In this document: positions 12,462-24,989 of the stretch, in pieces
Layout: every line of letters starts with the position of its first letter
How positions within the stretch are numbered: the stretch's first letter is position 1
Assembly (NCBI GenBank): GCA_951406725.2
Contig: OX597819.1
Coordinates: forward strand, 56,172,001-56,236,000
Direction: 5' to 3'
Length of the DNA stretch: 64,000 nucleotides
Source of the DNA: Octopus vulgaris
Lineage: Eukaryota
The notes under the pieces: generated by a model
Databases searched by the model: none
What the model saw: only the letters and a program-made list of their open reading frames with translations
What the model was told of the DNA's origin: nothing
Position numbers and translations under genes: made by a program

Positions 12462-12830
12462 TTTACTTTTTTCAGTCATTTGACTGTGGCCATGCTGGGA
12501 CACCGCCTTGAAGGGCTTCAATCGAACAAATCGACCCAAGGACTTATTTTTTTTTAAACCGAGTATTTATTCTATCGGTGTCTTCTGCTGAACCATTTAG
12601 TTACTGGGATGTAAACACAGCCACACCGGTTGTCAAGCGGTAGCGGGTGACAAACACATACATAAAGACGCGCGCGCACAGACATATATGTGACGAGATG
12701 TTCGTCTACCATATTCACTCAAAAAGCTTAGGTCGGTCCGAGACTATAGAAGACACTTGCGCAAGGTGTCATGCAGTGGGACTGAACCCAGAACTATGTG
12801 ATTTGGAATTAAGCTTCTTACCACACTGGC
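12462..12830 (-). mobile_element. SINE family B, degenerate
   Basis: ttcagtcatttgactgtggccatgctgg...gcagtgggactgaaccc. Confidence 0.8.
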
Positions 12831-13249
12831 ACGTCTGCGTGCATGATAATTTATAACAAAATTCTTAATATTGTAGTTTTTGTTAACCTGGGTCGAGTTC
12901 GATTAGGCAGACTCCGATAAAAGCATCCCTATTGAAATTTTTCTCTCAGATTATATTTCTATAATTATATTCTCTAACGTGCCCTTTATTTTCTTAGATG
13001 GTAGGGTGTGATTTGAAGGAGAATTTGTCTAGTATTCTTAGCGACCACATAGATATTCACTCTTGAATAATGCCGTTAGCTATTGGCGTAACACAAATGA
13101 AAATATATTCAAGTAGATGTAATTCACTTATTATTTTGTAGCATATGATTTGGTACTAAAAGAAATTAATTATTGGTTAAACATTTACACTTTTATTATT
13201 TCTAGTTAGTAGGTTGTGGCTATACTGAGGTACTGACATCAAAGATTTA

Positions 13250-13374
13250 TGACAGAAGCGGGACTCGAACCCATGCCCAAATTCGTGGAACAGAACAGAC
13301 TATCGAATGGTCTGCCTAAGATACGACATATATGCTTTCAGTCTGTCCTCTTAGATCACTCAACCGATTCCGAC
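13250..13374 (-). pseudogene. Intron-containing tRNA-Leu(CAA)-type pseudogene; anticodon reads GAA
   Basis: GTCGGAA..GAGTGATCTAAG..ACAGA-CT-GAA-A-[40-nt intron]-T-TCTGT, long variable arm CCA/TGG, GGGTTCGAGTCCC, TTCTGTC-A; mismatches in the acceptor, D and T stems. Confidence 0.75.
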
Positions 13375-14022
13375 ATCCACAGAGTATTTACTTTGAAGTT
13401 GCAGCTAGACTAGCCGAAAAATATCGACCCATTTGCCAAAGAATCGATATAGTCTATCTCTTTATTGACACTGCAAATACTATGTAGCCAGTTGTAAACA
13501 GGTACCTTTACTTTAAGCAAGGTTCTACCTGAGTGTTTCAACAAGCTACACAGCTCGTATTGTGCAGCTTCATATTACAACATATACGGATACATTCGTA
13601 TTGCTGATTGCCACGAACGTTACTTGAAATGAATTCACGGCCAATGCTAGTAGATTAGTAATTCACATAATACCTATACTAATATAGTGTTTCTGTGATG
13701 CAATATTAAGTGTGCGTTTTTGATATCCCATTTTCGAATTTTATCGTTCGATATTTATTGTATTCATTTCTAACATAGTTTACCTAGCATAGTTACATAG
13801 TTGTGCATTTTGTGAGAAGTTAGAGTCCTTGACATCTCGTCCAGTAGTTTGACTGGCGCTTATTTTATCGACAACACTCCTCCACTGCCTGGGGAATAAT
13901 ACTTTCTGCTATAGGCACAAGGCCTGAAATTCGGGGGGAGGGGGACAGTCGATTAGATCAACCCAAGTACACAACTAATACTTAATTTATCGACCCCAAA
14001 AGGACAGCCTCGATAATAATGC

Positions 14023-14220
14023 CACTCCAAAATACCCCAACGGACTGAGAGCAGATGAGTCCCTTCAACTCTTTAGCTGCTCATCTATGAGAAGATAACT
14101 CAATACAAACATTGCATTCTGATAACTATACGGCTCGAGGCACACTTGCAGCAGACCAATACACGTTTGAAGGACGAGAGAGTGGGGTTCGCTCTGAACA
14201 AACCATGTCCACTATAATAA
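14023..14220 (+). repeat. Unclassified ~200-bp dispersed repeat, copy 2
   Basis: Inverted homolog of 11488-11691. Confidence 0.85.
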
Positions 14221-14726
14221 TACGATAAGCACAAGTCCTGAAATTTGGCGTGAGGGAACTTCAACCCCTGTGCTTGACTGGCACTTATTTACTCAAGCCC
14301 GAAAGGATGAAAGGCAAAGTCGTCCACGGCGACATTTGAATTCAAAACAAAGCCGGAGAAAATGCCGCCAAGCATATTTGGTCCGGTGCAATAACTATTC
14401 TTTCAGCTTGCCACTTTCGTACTCACTACAATAATAAACCGCTACTGCCTCCTGGGGTAATTTAGAAAAGGATAAGGAAATAAATCCCAATAGAAAATCT
14501 GGCGGGAGGTTCCCTTAAGCATATACGTATGTTTAGGATTGACCAATATTTCACATCCCCTGTGGTTTCGTGGATACTGCAGATGTATTGACTTGTATTT
14601 CCTTCGTGAATTATTCATGAGTGAAGAGGTGGCTAGTGTACTTGGGACTAGGCACTTGCTTTTGGAAGCATCCCAGGAACAGCAGAGGTGGTTAAGTTAT
14701 AACCTCTGCAATACTGTCTATCCCTC

Positions 14727-15085
14727 TTTACTCTCTTTTACTTGTTTCAGTTATTGGCTGCAGCCATGCTGGAGCACCGCATTTAGTCAAGCAAATCAAC
14801 CCCAGGACTTATTCTTTGTAAGCCGAATCGCAAAGTTACGGGGACGTAAACACACTAGCATCGGTTGTCAAGCGATGTTGGGAGTACAAACACAGACGCC
14901 CAAACACACACACATATATACATATACATATATATACGACGGGCTTCTTTCAGTTTCCGTCTACTAAATCCACTCACAAGGCTTTGGTCGGCCCGAGGCT
15001 ATAGTAGAAGACACCTGCCCAAAGTGCCACGCAGTGGGACTGAACCAGGAACCATGTAGTTGGTTGGCAAGCTACTTACTACACG
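14727..15085 (-). mobile_element. SINE family B
   Basis: Near full-length reverse match to 34940-35346. Confidence 0.9.
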
Positions 15086-15184
15086 ACGAAAAAGGCTAGC
15101 CAACTTTCCCAGAAACACATGACATTGTGTTCAGCGCTCTATTGATTCTTCAAGCTACTCTCCAAGTTTAATTTAATATTTGGT

Positions 15185-15396
15185 TTCAGATTTTGGTACA
15201 AGGCCAGAAATTTCGGGTGAGTGGGTAAGTTGATTTCATTGACCTTAGGACTCAACTGGAACTTATTTTATCGACCCTGAAAGGATGAAAAGCAAAGTCG
15301 ACCTCGGCGGAATTTGAACTCAGAACATAAAGACAGGGGAAATGTTGCTAAGCATCTTGCCTGGCAGCGCCAACGATTCTGCCAGCTCGCCGCCTT
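15185..15396 (-). mobile_element. SINE family A
   Basis: aaggatgaaaagcaaagtcgacctcggcggaatttgaactcagaac...gccagctcgccgcc. Confidence 0.9.
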
Positions 15397-16022
15397 AAGT
15401 TTTTCTAACATTGAAGAATTGTGTAGGAACGAACTTCTTTTATAAAGCAGAATATGATAAACGGGCAAAAAAAAAAAACCGATATGTTTTGGTGGCAGTT
15501 AAATAAATGTAAAAGTGGAAGTAACAAGATTTCCGTCAAATTAAAAAGAAAAACCGCTTAAAAAAACAATTGGAATAAATAAACAATAATATGGATAAGT
15601 TTAAATATCATCCAGATAATACCATTTTTTATAACTCTAGAATTCAGTTGATAATATTGATATTTTTTTTTTACGTTTTACTTAATCAGTTTTGATTGTA
15701 AAACCACAACGTTTCCGTATATAGGTTTCTTTTGATGCATACTGACTTATACATAATTACGTTTGTTTTGTTATTCTACTTAAGAGCAGCGTCTGCGAAT
15801 CACTGATTAATCTGAAAGTAATATACACAGCAGCTCGACAGGACACACCATGTGACTTTGGCTATAACTGAGAGAGAGGAAGTGACAACTTCTTGAAATA
15901 AGAAAGGAAAAAAAATATAAAGCTGGAACTACAAGGAAATGTAAAAAATCATTATAGCCACATTTTCATGCCACTATGTAAATAAACACATATTCCAATC
16001 AATAAGGAGAATATTCAATTGA

Positions 16023-16057
<35 letters not shown>

Positions 16058-16560
16058 GAAGAAGAAGAAGAATAAGAATAAGAATAGTAAAGCCGAAATA
16101 GAAGAAAGAAGAAAAGGAAAAGAAAAGAAAATGCGTATACTCGAATAAATAATCAATGTGAATGGAAAAGGAAACAATTATAAAATAAATAAGTGGAAGA
16201 AGAAAATAAAGTTTAGATGGTAAAATAAACAATTCGTGAAAACTAAACACTGTTCAGTTCGAGGTAAATCAATAAAAGTTATATGGAACAAGAAACGAAA
16301 TGCAATAAAAAAAGAGAGTGAAAAATATTAAAACTTAAATTTTTGTGCTGTTTTTTTAAATTTTTTAATTTTTTTTTTAAAGTCGTCGATGAATTGAAGA
16401 AATCATTGAAAAGAATGTTCATCCTAACAGCAATAACGATTAACGATTTCTTTCAATAGTACAAGGTCATCCGTTTGTATCATAGGAAGGTTTGTTGGGA
16501 ATGTACTTAGTCGATCTCACATGTTTTCTATATCTATATATACATACACACACGCACACA

Positions 16561-16607
<47 letters not shown>

Positions 16608-16750
16608 TTATTTATATACATACATACATACATACATACACACACACACCCACATTATATATACACACACACACACACATATATATTTATATAAATACAT
16701 TCACATACACGCACACCCACATAGATGTATATACACATATATATATATAA

Positions 16751-16792
<42 letters not shown>

Positions 16793-16799
<7 letters not shown>

Positions 16800-17818
16800 A
16801 ATAAAATAGAACATATGCATATATATAAACATACATGTACGTACCTACCTCTACATGTACATATATACGCATATATGTGTACAGGACACCAAAAAGACGT
16901 CGAACACATAGAGAGACGAAAAACATAGACACAAACCAAGGAACAGGACAAGCAAAAAAAAAAAAAAAAGGGATACAGGACAATAAGCACAACGAAAAAT
17001 CCCCTTCTTCAGTCGCTAAGGTTTCATCTACTCTACGTTTCGAAGGATAAAAGCGAGACGTATCTTCGAAGAAACTTCCTTCCTGCGAAAAGCAAATCAA
17101 TTAAAATTCTGAGATCTGTTCGCAGAGGGGTAAAAAATGGTAAAAAAAGCAAGACGGTAACGACAGTACAAACATATAAACAGTAAAAAAATATATATAA
17201 ACAGTGGAAAAATAAATATATAACAGTGAGAGACAGGACAAGGAGAACAAGATAAGAAGGGCTGTTTACGCCAGACGAAAAAAGTATTGCAAACGCTGGA
17301 TTATAGTGGACGACGAGAGAGAAGGAATGTCGACCAGTAGCCTTAGAAGGCGGGCGAGAAAAGACAGGATAGCAGTTACGACGGAAGTATCGTCGCAGAT
17401 GGACGACGGGAATGGGGGAGGAGGAGCAAGAGGAAGAGAGAGAAGAAGGGGAATGGTGCGAGGAGACCATGAAGAATGGTGAGGGGGAGAGAGAGAATGA
17501 AAGAGAGAGAGGAAGAGACAAGTTAAGTGAGGGAAAAAAGACGAAAAAGGGAATGGGATAGAAAGAAAGAAAGATGCAGAGTCGCATGAGAGTTAATATC
17601 AAGGCTAACTTGATAAACAGAACAATCTTACTTAATAGGGTGCGTGCGTTTAGTCGTATAATATGTTAATAAAATAGAACATATGCATATATATAAACAT
17701 ATATGTACGTACCTACCTCTACATGTACATATACACGCATATATGTGTACAGGACACCAAAAAGACGTCGAACACATAGAGAGACGAAAAACATAGACAC
17801 AAACCAAGGAACAGGACA
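16793..17818 (-). mobile_element. ~1-kb non-autonomous element bounded by 158-bp direct repeats (probable PLE derivative) in a TA/CA tract
   Basis: 16793-16950 and 17661-17818 are direct repeats with 2 visible mismatches; internal SLVVHYNP resembles the PLE linker PLVLTYHP; partial hammerhead-like words on the minus strand. Confidence 0.6.
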
Positions 17819-17934
17819 CACATACACACACACCCACAGATGTATATATACATATATATACAAATATATGTATACATATATATATATAAATACATACACA
17901 TACACCCCCCACATAGATGTATATACACATATAT

Positions 17935-17971
<37 letters not shown>

Positions 17972-17979
17972 CATACATT

Positions 17980-18368
17980 CACTTGTTTCAGCTATTAGAC
18001 CGTGGCCATGTTAGGGCACCACCTTGAAGCATTTTTAATCGAACGAATCAACCATAATACTTTTTAAAGCTTGGTGTTTATTCAGTCAATATTGTTTGTC
18101 GTACCTCTAAGGTATGAGGACGTAAACACACCAACACCTATTGTCAAGCGTTGATGGAGAAGACACATATATTCATACATACATATATATATATATATAT
18201 ATACGACAGGCTTCTTTCAGTTTCCCTTTACGAAATCCACTCACGTAGCTTTGGTCGGCCTCCAAGGCTATATTAGAAGACACCTGCCCAAGGTGTCACG
18301 TAGTAGTACTGAACCCATAACCATGTAATTATGTAATTGGGAAGCAAGCTTATTACCACACAGCTACG

Positions 18369-18370
<2 letters not shown>
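17980..18370 (-). mobile_element. SINE family B, degenerate
   Basis: Reverse match to the family B consensus. Confidence 0.8.
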
Positions 18371-18428
<58 letters not shown>

Positions 18429-20309
18429 TACATACATGTATATAAACACACCACACACACACACACATATATATACGTATAAAATGGTAAATTTGTCATG
18501 TTTGTGTCTATTCTGTAGGTTTATATATATATATATTATATATCTACTATGTACCTTTACATATATAACATCTTTGATACTGTGAGGACGGGCCTTCTTG
18601 CTGACTGGCCACTGATATCGAATAAAATGTTAAACAGGGTTTGGATTGGTTGTGTCACAAAAATACCAATAACTTTGCGTGTAGCTTCTTTTACAGGCTA
18701 ATTACTATCTAATTACTAATTATTGTCTTTTTCTCATCTTCTTGTAAACTTTCTTTCCAGAATACTTCGCTGTTGAATATATCAGTCACCTGTAAATATG
18801 TGGCTCTCACATCCGCGCTAGTCACTTCTATGCCAGTGTAACCCATGAATCTGTCCCTGTGGTGGATACAATTTCTCGTGATTTCTGTCTTTCATTTACT
18901 AACTTCGCCCTGTTGTGGGGACATCCACTTTTCGGCCACCAGGCTTTCTCCAACGTCCTGTTCAGGTTTCTTTTATCTCCTATTCTCGTGACAAGAGTAT
19001 GGAATTACATACCTGATAATAGTAGAGATTTGGAGCATCTGGTCACTGGTTTCCGAGATCCGAGACAATATAATCTCCTCAGCCATCTCCAGAACTCTGG
19101 ACCGTTGTTCACTGGAGACTGGGGTCTGCTACACATGTTACTGCCTGTGTTGGTCTTTACCACATTTCTTTTCAATTTCCGCATATCTCCACAGATGAAG
19201 GCCGTTATACGATTCTTGAAAAAAAAAAGTGTAGCATTTAGTCTTTATGCCCTGTAGCAGGAATCTTATGCTCTTCGTTTTCTGTGTTCCGAAAGTATTC
19301 AATACTGATCCATCTCTGTGGTTTTCAGCGGTCATTAGGACTTCTTATCCATTCTGACTCCTCCTGATGACATAGTAACTCTTCTACTTCCTGCACTTTA
19401 CAGCCATTCAAATTGTGATATAGATGTGGCAATAAGCCAAGGGATCAGTACGTTGCTGACCACCAGCCTTCTATTTTTCTGTCCCATATTCTGGGGTACA
19501 ATTTTATTGATGAGCGTGTCTCAAAGGCTCTCTCAGTTCTGGGGTTTTGTTTCTAGGCTCAAAAATGATACAGTAGTTCCGTTATTGTCTCTGTTCAAGA
19601 TACAGCTCCGAGCTGAGCCTGTGACATTCAGGGCACATTAATACATCTGACATGCTTTCACTCAGCTGTTGTTTTAAGACATTAAAATCCCACCACTACT
19701 TTTTAAGCGACCCTGGCAGATAGTGCTCTTACTTCGATCGCCCCTGTATCTAGTTATAATTTTCCGAGAAACGCACCTGTCTCCATCATAATGCCACTTC
19801 CATATTCATTTATTCCATGCTGCTTAGTTTGCTATCAAAAGAACTATGCATAATAGAGGAAGTATCTTTGCTTGACAAGGTATATATGTAATTGTTAGTG
19901 TCATTCTTGCTGACATTTTATCTCCTTTGGCAGTATTGAAACTGACATCTTTGGTTGTTAAAACAGTATTTCCTTTACGCATTCAATATTAGTATTTTGT
20001 TGTGCAATTAAACCACATTTTTTGTAGTTTCTCTGTTTATAATCGGTGTTACTTTGCTCACTGTCAAATTTCTTTTGGAGGTTGGGAGGAGGAAGTTTTG
20101 CTTGAATTTTTATAGCCATTTCTCTATGTAGATAACGTGATGAAGAAATGAAATTTACCTAAAAAAGAAAACGAAAAGAAATTTTCCAAAGCTTTCTATG
20201 AGCAAGTAAGTTAAATAGAACACGATTCCATGTTGTAAAATCGTTTGCTACAAGGAGTGAGGGAGTCACATGTCCACCTTGGTCAGCAGCGAATGACAAT
20301 AATAATAAT

Positions 20310-20870
20310 AATCTTTTCTATTCTAGGCATAAGGCTCGAAATCTTTAGAGAGGGAGCCAGTCGATTAGATCGCAACTGGTACTTAATTTATCAATCTAGA
20401 AAGGATGAAAGGCAGAGTTAACCTCGGCGAAATTTGAACTAAGAACGTAGCGACAGGCGAAATACCGCTAAGCACTTCGCCCGGCGTGCTAACGAATCTG
20501 CCAGCTCGACGCCTTACACCCAACGTATAATAATCTTTTCTACTCTAGGCACAAAACCCCAAATTTTGGGGGAGGGAACCAGTCGATTAGATCAACCCCA
20601 GTACGCAGCTGGTACTTAATTTATCAACCTTGAGAGGATGAAAAGCAAAGACGACCTCGGCAGAATTTGAACTCAGAATGTAAAGACAAACAAAATACCG
20701 TTTGGCATTTCGCCCGGCGTGCTAACGATTCTGCCAGCTCGCTGCCTTACACACGGCGTATAATAATGATAATGGTTTCAAATTTAGGCACAAGGCCAGC
20801 AATTTTGGGGGAGGGGCTAAGTCAATTACGTTGACCCCCAGAGTTGAACTGGTACTTATTTATCGACCTT
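20310..20870 (-). mobile_element. Tandem run of SINE family A (two full copies, one partial)
   Basis: Units ~20310-20516, 20530-20749 and 20775-20870; the two full units end in the same flanking word gccttacac. Confidence 0.9.
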
Positions 20871-20957
20871 CAGTGAATATTGTAATGAAAATGCTATCTT
20901 AGAATTTATGACAAATGTTTTAAGTTTTCCTTTGCTTCGCAATCACACGAAAGAGTA

Positions 20958-21066
20958 TTCAGTCCCACTGCGTGGAACCTTGAGCAGATGTCTCCTATCT
21001 TAGCGTCGGGTCGACCAAAATATTGTGAGTAGATTTTGTAGACAGAAACTGAAGAGAAGCCTTTCG

Positions 21067-21135
<69 letters not shown>

Positions 21136-21423
21136 GTCTCTCTCTCTCTATATATATATATATGTGTGTGTGTGTGCGTGTGTGTGTGTAAGATGTGGTT
21201 ATGTATGTGTGTCTTCGTGTATGTGTTTGTACCCTTACCATCGCTTGACAAAAGATGTTGGTGTGTTTACGTCACCGTAACTTAGCAGTTCGGCAAAAGA
21301 CACCGATAGAATAAGTACTAGACTTACAAAGAATAAATCCAGGGGTCGATTTCTTCGACTAAAACCCTTCAAAGCGGTGCTCCAGCATGGCCGCTGTCAA
21401 ATGACTGAAACAAGTAAAAGAAT
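20958..21423 (+). mobile_element. SINE family B with an expanded internal (TATC)n/(TG)n tract
   Basis: cagtcccactgcgtgg...gcggtgctccagcatggccgctgtcaaatgactgaaacaagtaaaag. Confidence 0.9.
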
Positions 21424-22649
21424 TCACACAATCTAAACCGGAAAGATGGCAGAATCGTTACCGCGCTAGACAAAATGTTTATCAGCATTTCTTTCGAGTT
21501 TATGTCTTAAGTCCTGGTCCGACTTTGCCTTATCCAATCCTTCAAAATTGCTGGCCTTGTGTCACAATTCGAAACCAGTATTTGCACAAGCTGTTGAATA
21601 ATATGGAAGGAAGTTTGGCTGAGCAAGATTGAGAAACCATACCACCAGTTCACCAGCGTTGACGAAATTTTCTTGAGAATAACAACAGAAATAATCTCAT
21701 ATTATAGTAACCGGATAAGCATTTCATTTTGAAGCTACAGCAACCAGGTTTCGTGTTCGATTCCCGTGTACCGCACATTTGGCAAATGTTTCCTCGGGTT
21801 GGCTTCACCCTTCATCCTTTCGAGATCGATAAAGTTAAGTATCAGTCAAATATTCTTATCCTTTAATCATCTGTACTCACACTCCACACTTAGATCTTAC
21901 GTTTATATTAGATATCACTTTTACTCCATAAATTATAAACGTTAGCATACTGAGTTCAAATACTACAAGGTCGCCTCATATTTCAAATTTTAGAACTTGT
22001 GTCAATGTTAGAAATTAATATTGCTACATTATGGTTTATAATTACGAAGTATGTCTATATTGACTCGTTATGATGGCTCTTGGCTTAATCTCATATCCCA
22101 GAAGCCATACCTCTTATAATACAATAATATAAAGTCAATTAGTAACAATGGCCCCAATAAAAAAATAAATTGTGTTAATGTTATATAGTAACATTATAAA
22201 GACTTATAATTCTATATTGACTCGGTCTGGTAGTCATATTTACATTTCTGAAAATATTTATATTAAAGTAAAACAAATATAATTTAATCACTAGAAACTT
22301 TTGAATAATACAAAAGATATAATGAAATTTATTCAACTCTTTATCATTAAACCGTTTATCACAAAATAAATATAATTAATTTTGTATGAAATTGTATCTA
22401 TTTGTATCAAATAGTTCATCTAACACCTATTTGTCGAAGAAAAGTAAAAAAAGTAAAAGAAAAGGTAAAAAATAAAAAAGAGATAAACGGTGATAGCGAC
22501 AAAGAGAGATTTTGTTATTTTAAAGGTTCTTCTTTATACGATGTAAAATTTGTTGAATGTGTGTGAGTGAACTATAGCATATATATCTGTACTTAGAATA
22601 TAACTATAATGTGATGCACAACGCACGCGTGTAGACATACACAAATGTA

Positions 22650-22860
22650 CGAGGTGGTGCTGAAAGGTTTCTGTGCTTAAGAAAACACAAGACAGAGGGG
22701 GATCAGTTAATTATGATTATATTCAATATATTCCCCTCTCAGATTCACACAATTACTACAGCGGGTCTCCAGTGTTTCTAAGCTCTGTAAAAAAACTCGG
22801 AAGGTTGGTCCTCCAGCCAGTTCTTGTGCGATATATTTAAAGCCAGAAACTTCTCAGCAT
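22650..22860 (-). mobile_element. Short mariner-derived MITE
   Basis: Imperfect TIRs gctgaaaggtttctg / cagaaacttctcagc; minus strand LETLETRCSNCVNLRGEYIE* resembles a mariner C-terminus. Confidence 0.6.
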
Positions 22861-23345
22861 GTATATGTGTGCGTGTGTGTGTGTTTGCGTACTGTTTGTG
22901 TGTGCGCGCCTCCATATGCATATCTATATACATATACATATTTATCTTGTAAGAACAGTTGGATGTATGAATACTACTGTATGAGTTAGAGCTCTACGTA
23001 GATTATACTTATTCTGTCCGCTATCAATATAGAGATTGGATCTTTTCGGTTTGAACGGCAGTTTTTTTTACATAATTTCTAGGTAACTAAAACATTTTAA
23101 ACTTCGTATACTGGTAGAATGTGTTTATAAAACATCTTTTTCTCTTGGCTTTATTGAGAAAAGTCTATAGTTTGTAAGATATTTGTTTTTTTTTCTTCAA
23201 TTTCAACCAATCAGTGACGTCTAATACACACACACATATATCATTCACACAAACCCTTGGACTCGCCTTTGGCACAATCCTTGGATGACTTCTTGCTTCG
23301 TTTGTGATAGGGAAGCAAGCCTCTTACCCCACAGCCACTCCTTCA

Positions 23346-23390
<45 letters not shown>

Positions 23391-23391
<1 letters not shown>

Positions 23392-23588
23392 GGGAGTAAA
23401 ACTCCAAACTTACAGGGAAAAATTCAATTTAGTACAAATCAAATTTCACAGTATAAATATATAAAATATAAATTAGAGATAAAACCACTATTATGCAACT
23501 CAAACAGTGATAGATATAAATAACCAATATTATATTTTTATCATTCATTTTATACTTTTTGAGATCTAGTTATAAGTAATGAATTAAA

Positions 23589-23641
<53 letters not shown>

Positions 23642-23719
23642 TTAGTTATTTATGTATTGGTTTATGTCTATCACTGTTTGAGTTGCATAATAGTGGTTTT
23701 ATCTCTAATTTATATTTTA
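23391..23719. repeat. AT-rich repeat terminus with an inverted duplication around a (TA)n tract
   Basis: 23463-23528 is inverted at 23637-23719; 23391-23487 is homologous to 52937-53030. Confidence 0.75.
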
Positions 23720-24122
23720 GAGTGGCTGTGTGGTAAGTAGCTTGCTAACCAACCACATGGTTCCGGGTTCAGTCCCACTGCGTGGCATCTTGGGCAAGTG
23801 TCTTCTGCTATAGCCCCGGGCCGACCAATGCCTTGTGAGTGGATTTGGTAGACGGAAACTGAAAGAAGCCTATCGTATATATGTATATATATATTTAAGT
23901 GTGTGTGTATATGTTTGTGTGTCTGTGTTTGTCTTCCTAGCATTGCTTGACAACCGATGCTGGTGTGTTTACGTCCCCGTCACTTAGCGGTTCGGCAACA
24001 GAGACCGATAGAATAAGTACTGGGCTTACAAAGAATAAGTCCCGGGGTCGATTTGCTCGACTAAAGGTGGTGCTCCAGCATGGCCGCAGTCAAATGACTG
24101 AAACAAGTAAAAAGAGTAAAGA

Positions 24123-24124
<2 letters not shown>
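23720..24124 (+). mobile_element. SINE family B, near full length
   Basis: agtggctgtgtggtaagtagcttgc...gaaacaagtaaaaagagtaaagag. Confidence 0.92.
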
Positions 24125-24187
<63 letters not shown>

Positions 24188-24989
24188 TATCAGTCTTGCT
24201 TGCTTGCAATGTTACACAGCCAAACACTGGCGTATAATAGAATAGTACTATGAATTAAAGTCCTACTGAAATATGAATACAAACGGAATATTTCAAATTT
24301 CGTGTAAATCGGACCAGTGGTTCTTAAAATATTGGGTATTTAGGGGTTATTAATACCCAAAACGGTGCATAATGGGAAAATACTCCGAAAATAACTTAAC
24401 CCTGAAAGGGAAGAAACTCTAAACTTTCGATTAGATACATTAATGACTTTAACTTGCCGAAGAAAAAATATGAGTTGCTTTTTACAGTAAATGTTTCAAT
24501 TTTCTCTTTTGTTAAACACAATAATTTAATTAGATAGAAATATTTTTAAAGTAAATGTTATTTCAAAAATGTAAGTTATTTGTACAGTAAGTAATTTATA
24601 TTTTAAATTTCTTTTAACAGACAGTATTCTAATCTTTTTAAAAATTATTTTCAAATTGATACCATAACAAAATGATTTTAAAAATACGGTATATATTTCG
24701 TAAAAGACCCGTTCGTAACCTCACTGTGAAATAATTTTATTCCATATTTCGAGTGCATTCAATGTATCTCACATCAAAAGATTTGGCTGCTATTTCTAGC
24801 ATGCCCTACTACCACGTAACAGCTATTTGTGATAAAGGACCCGAAATAGCGGTTACGTGGTAGTAGGGCGTGCAAGAATTGGCAGCTAAATATTTTCTTT
24901 TCTGGGGAAAGGAGCTGTTTACGCGTGATTTCGATGACATATTCGTTGAGAGCATGCGAAATAACCAGGAAAAACTCACGAAACAAAAC

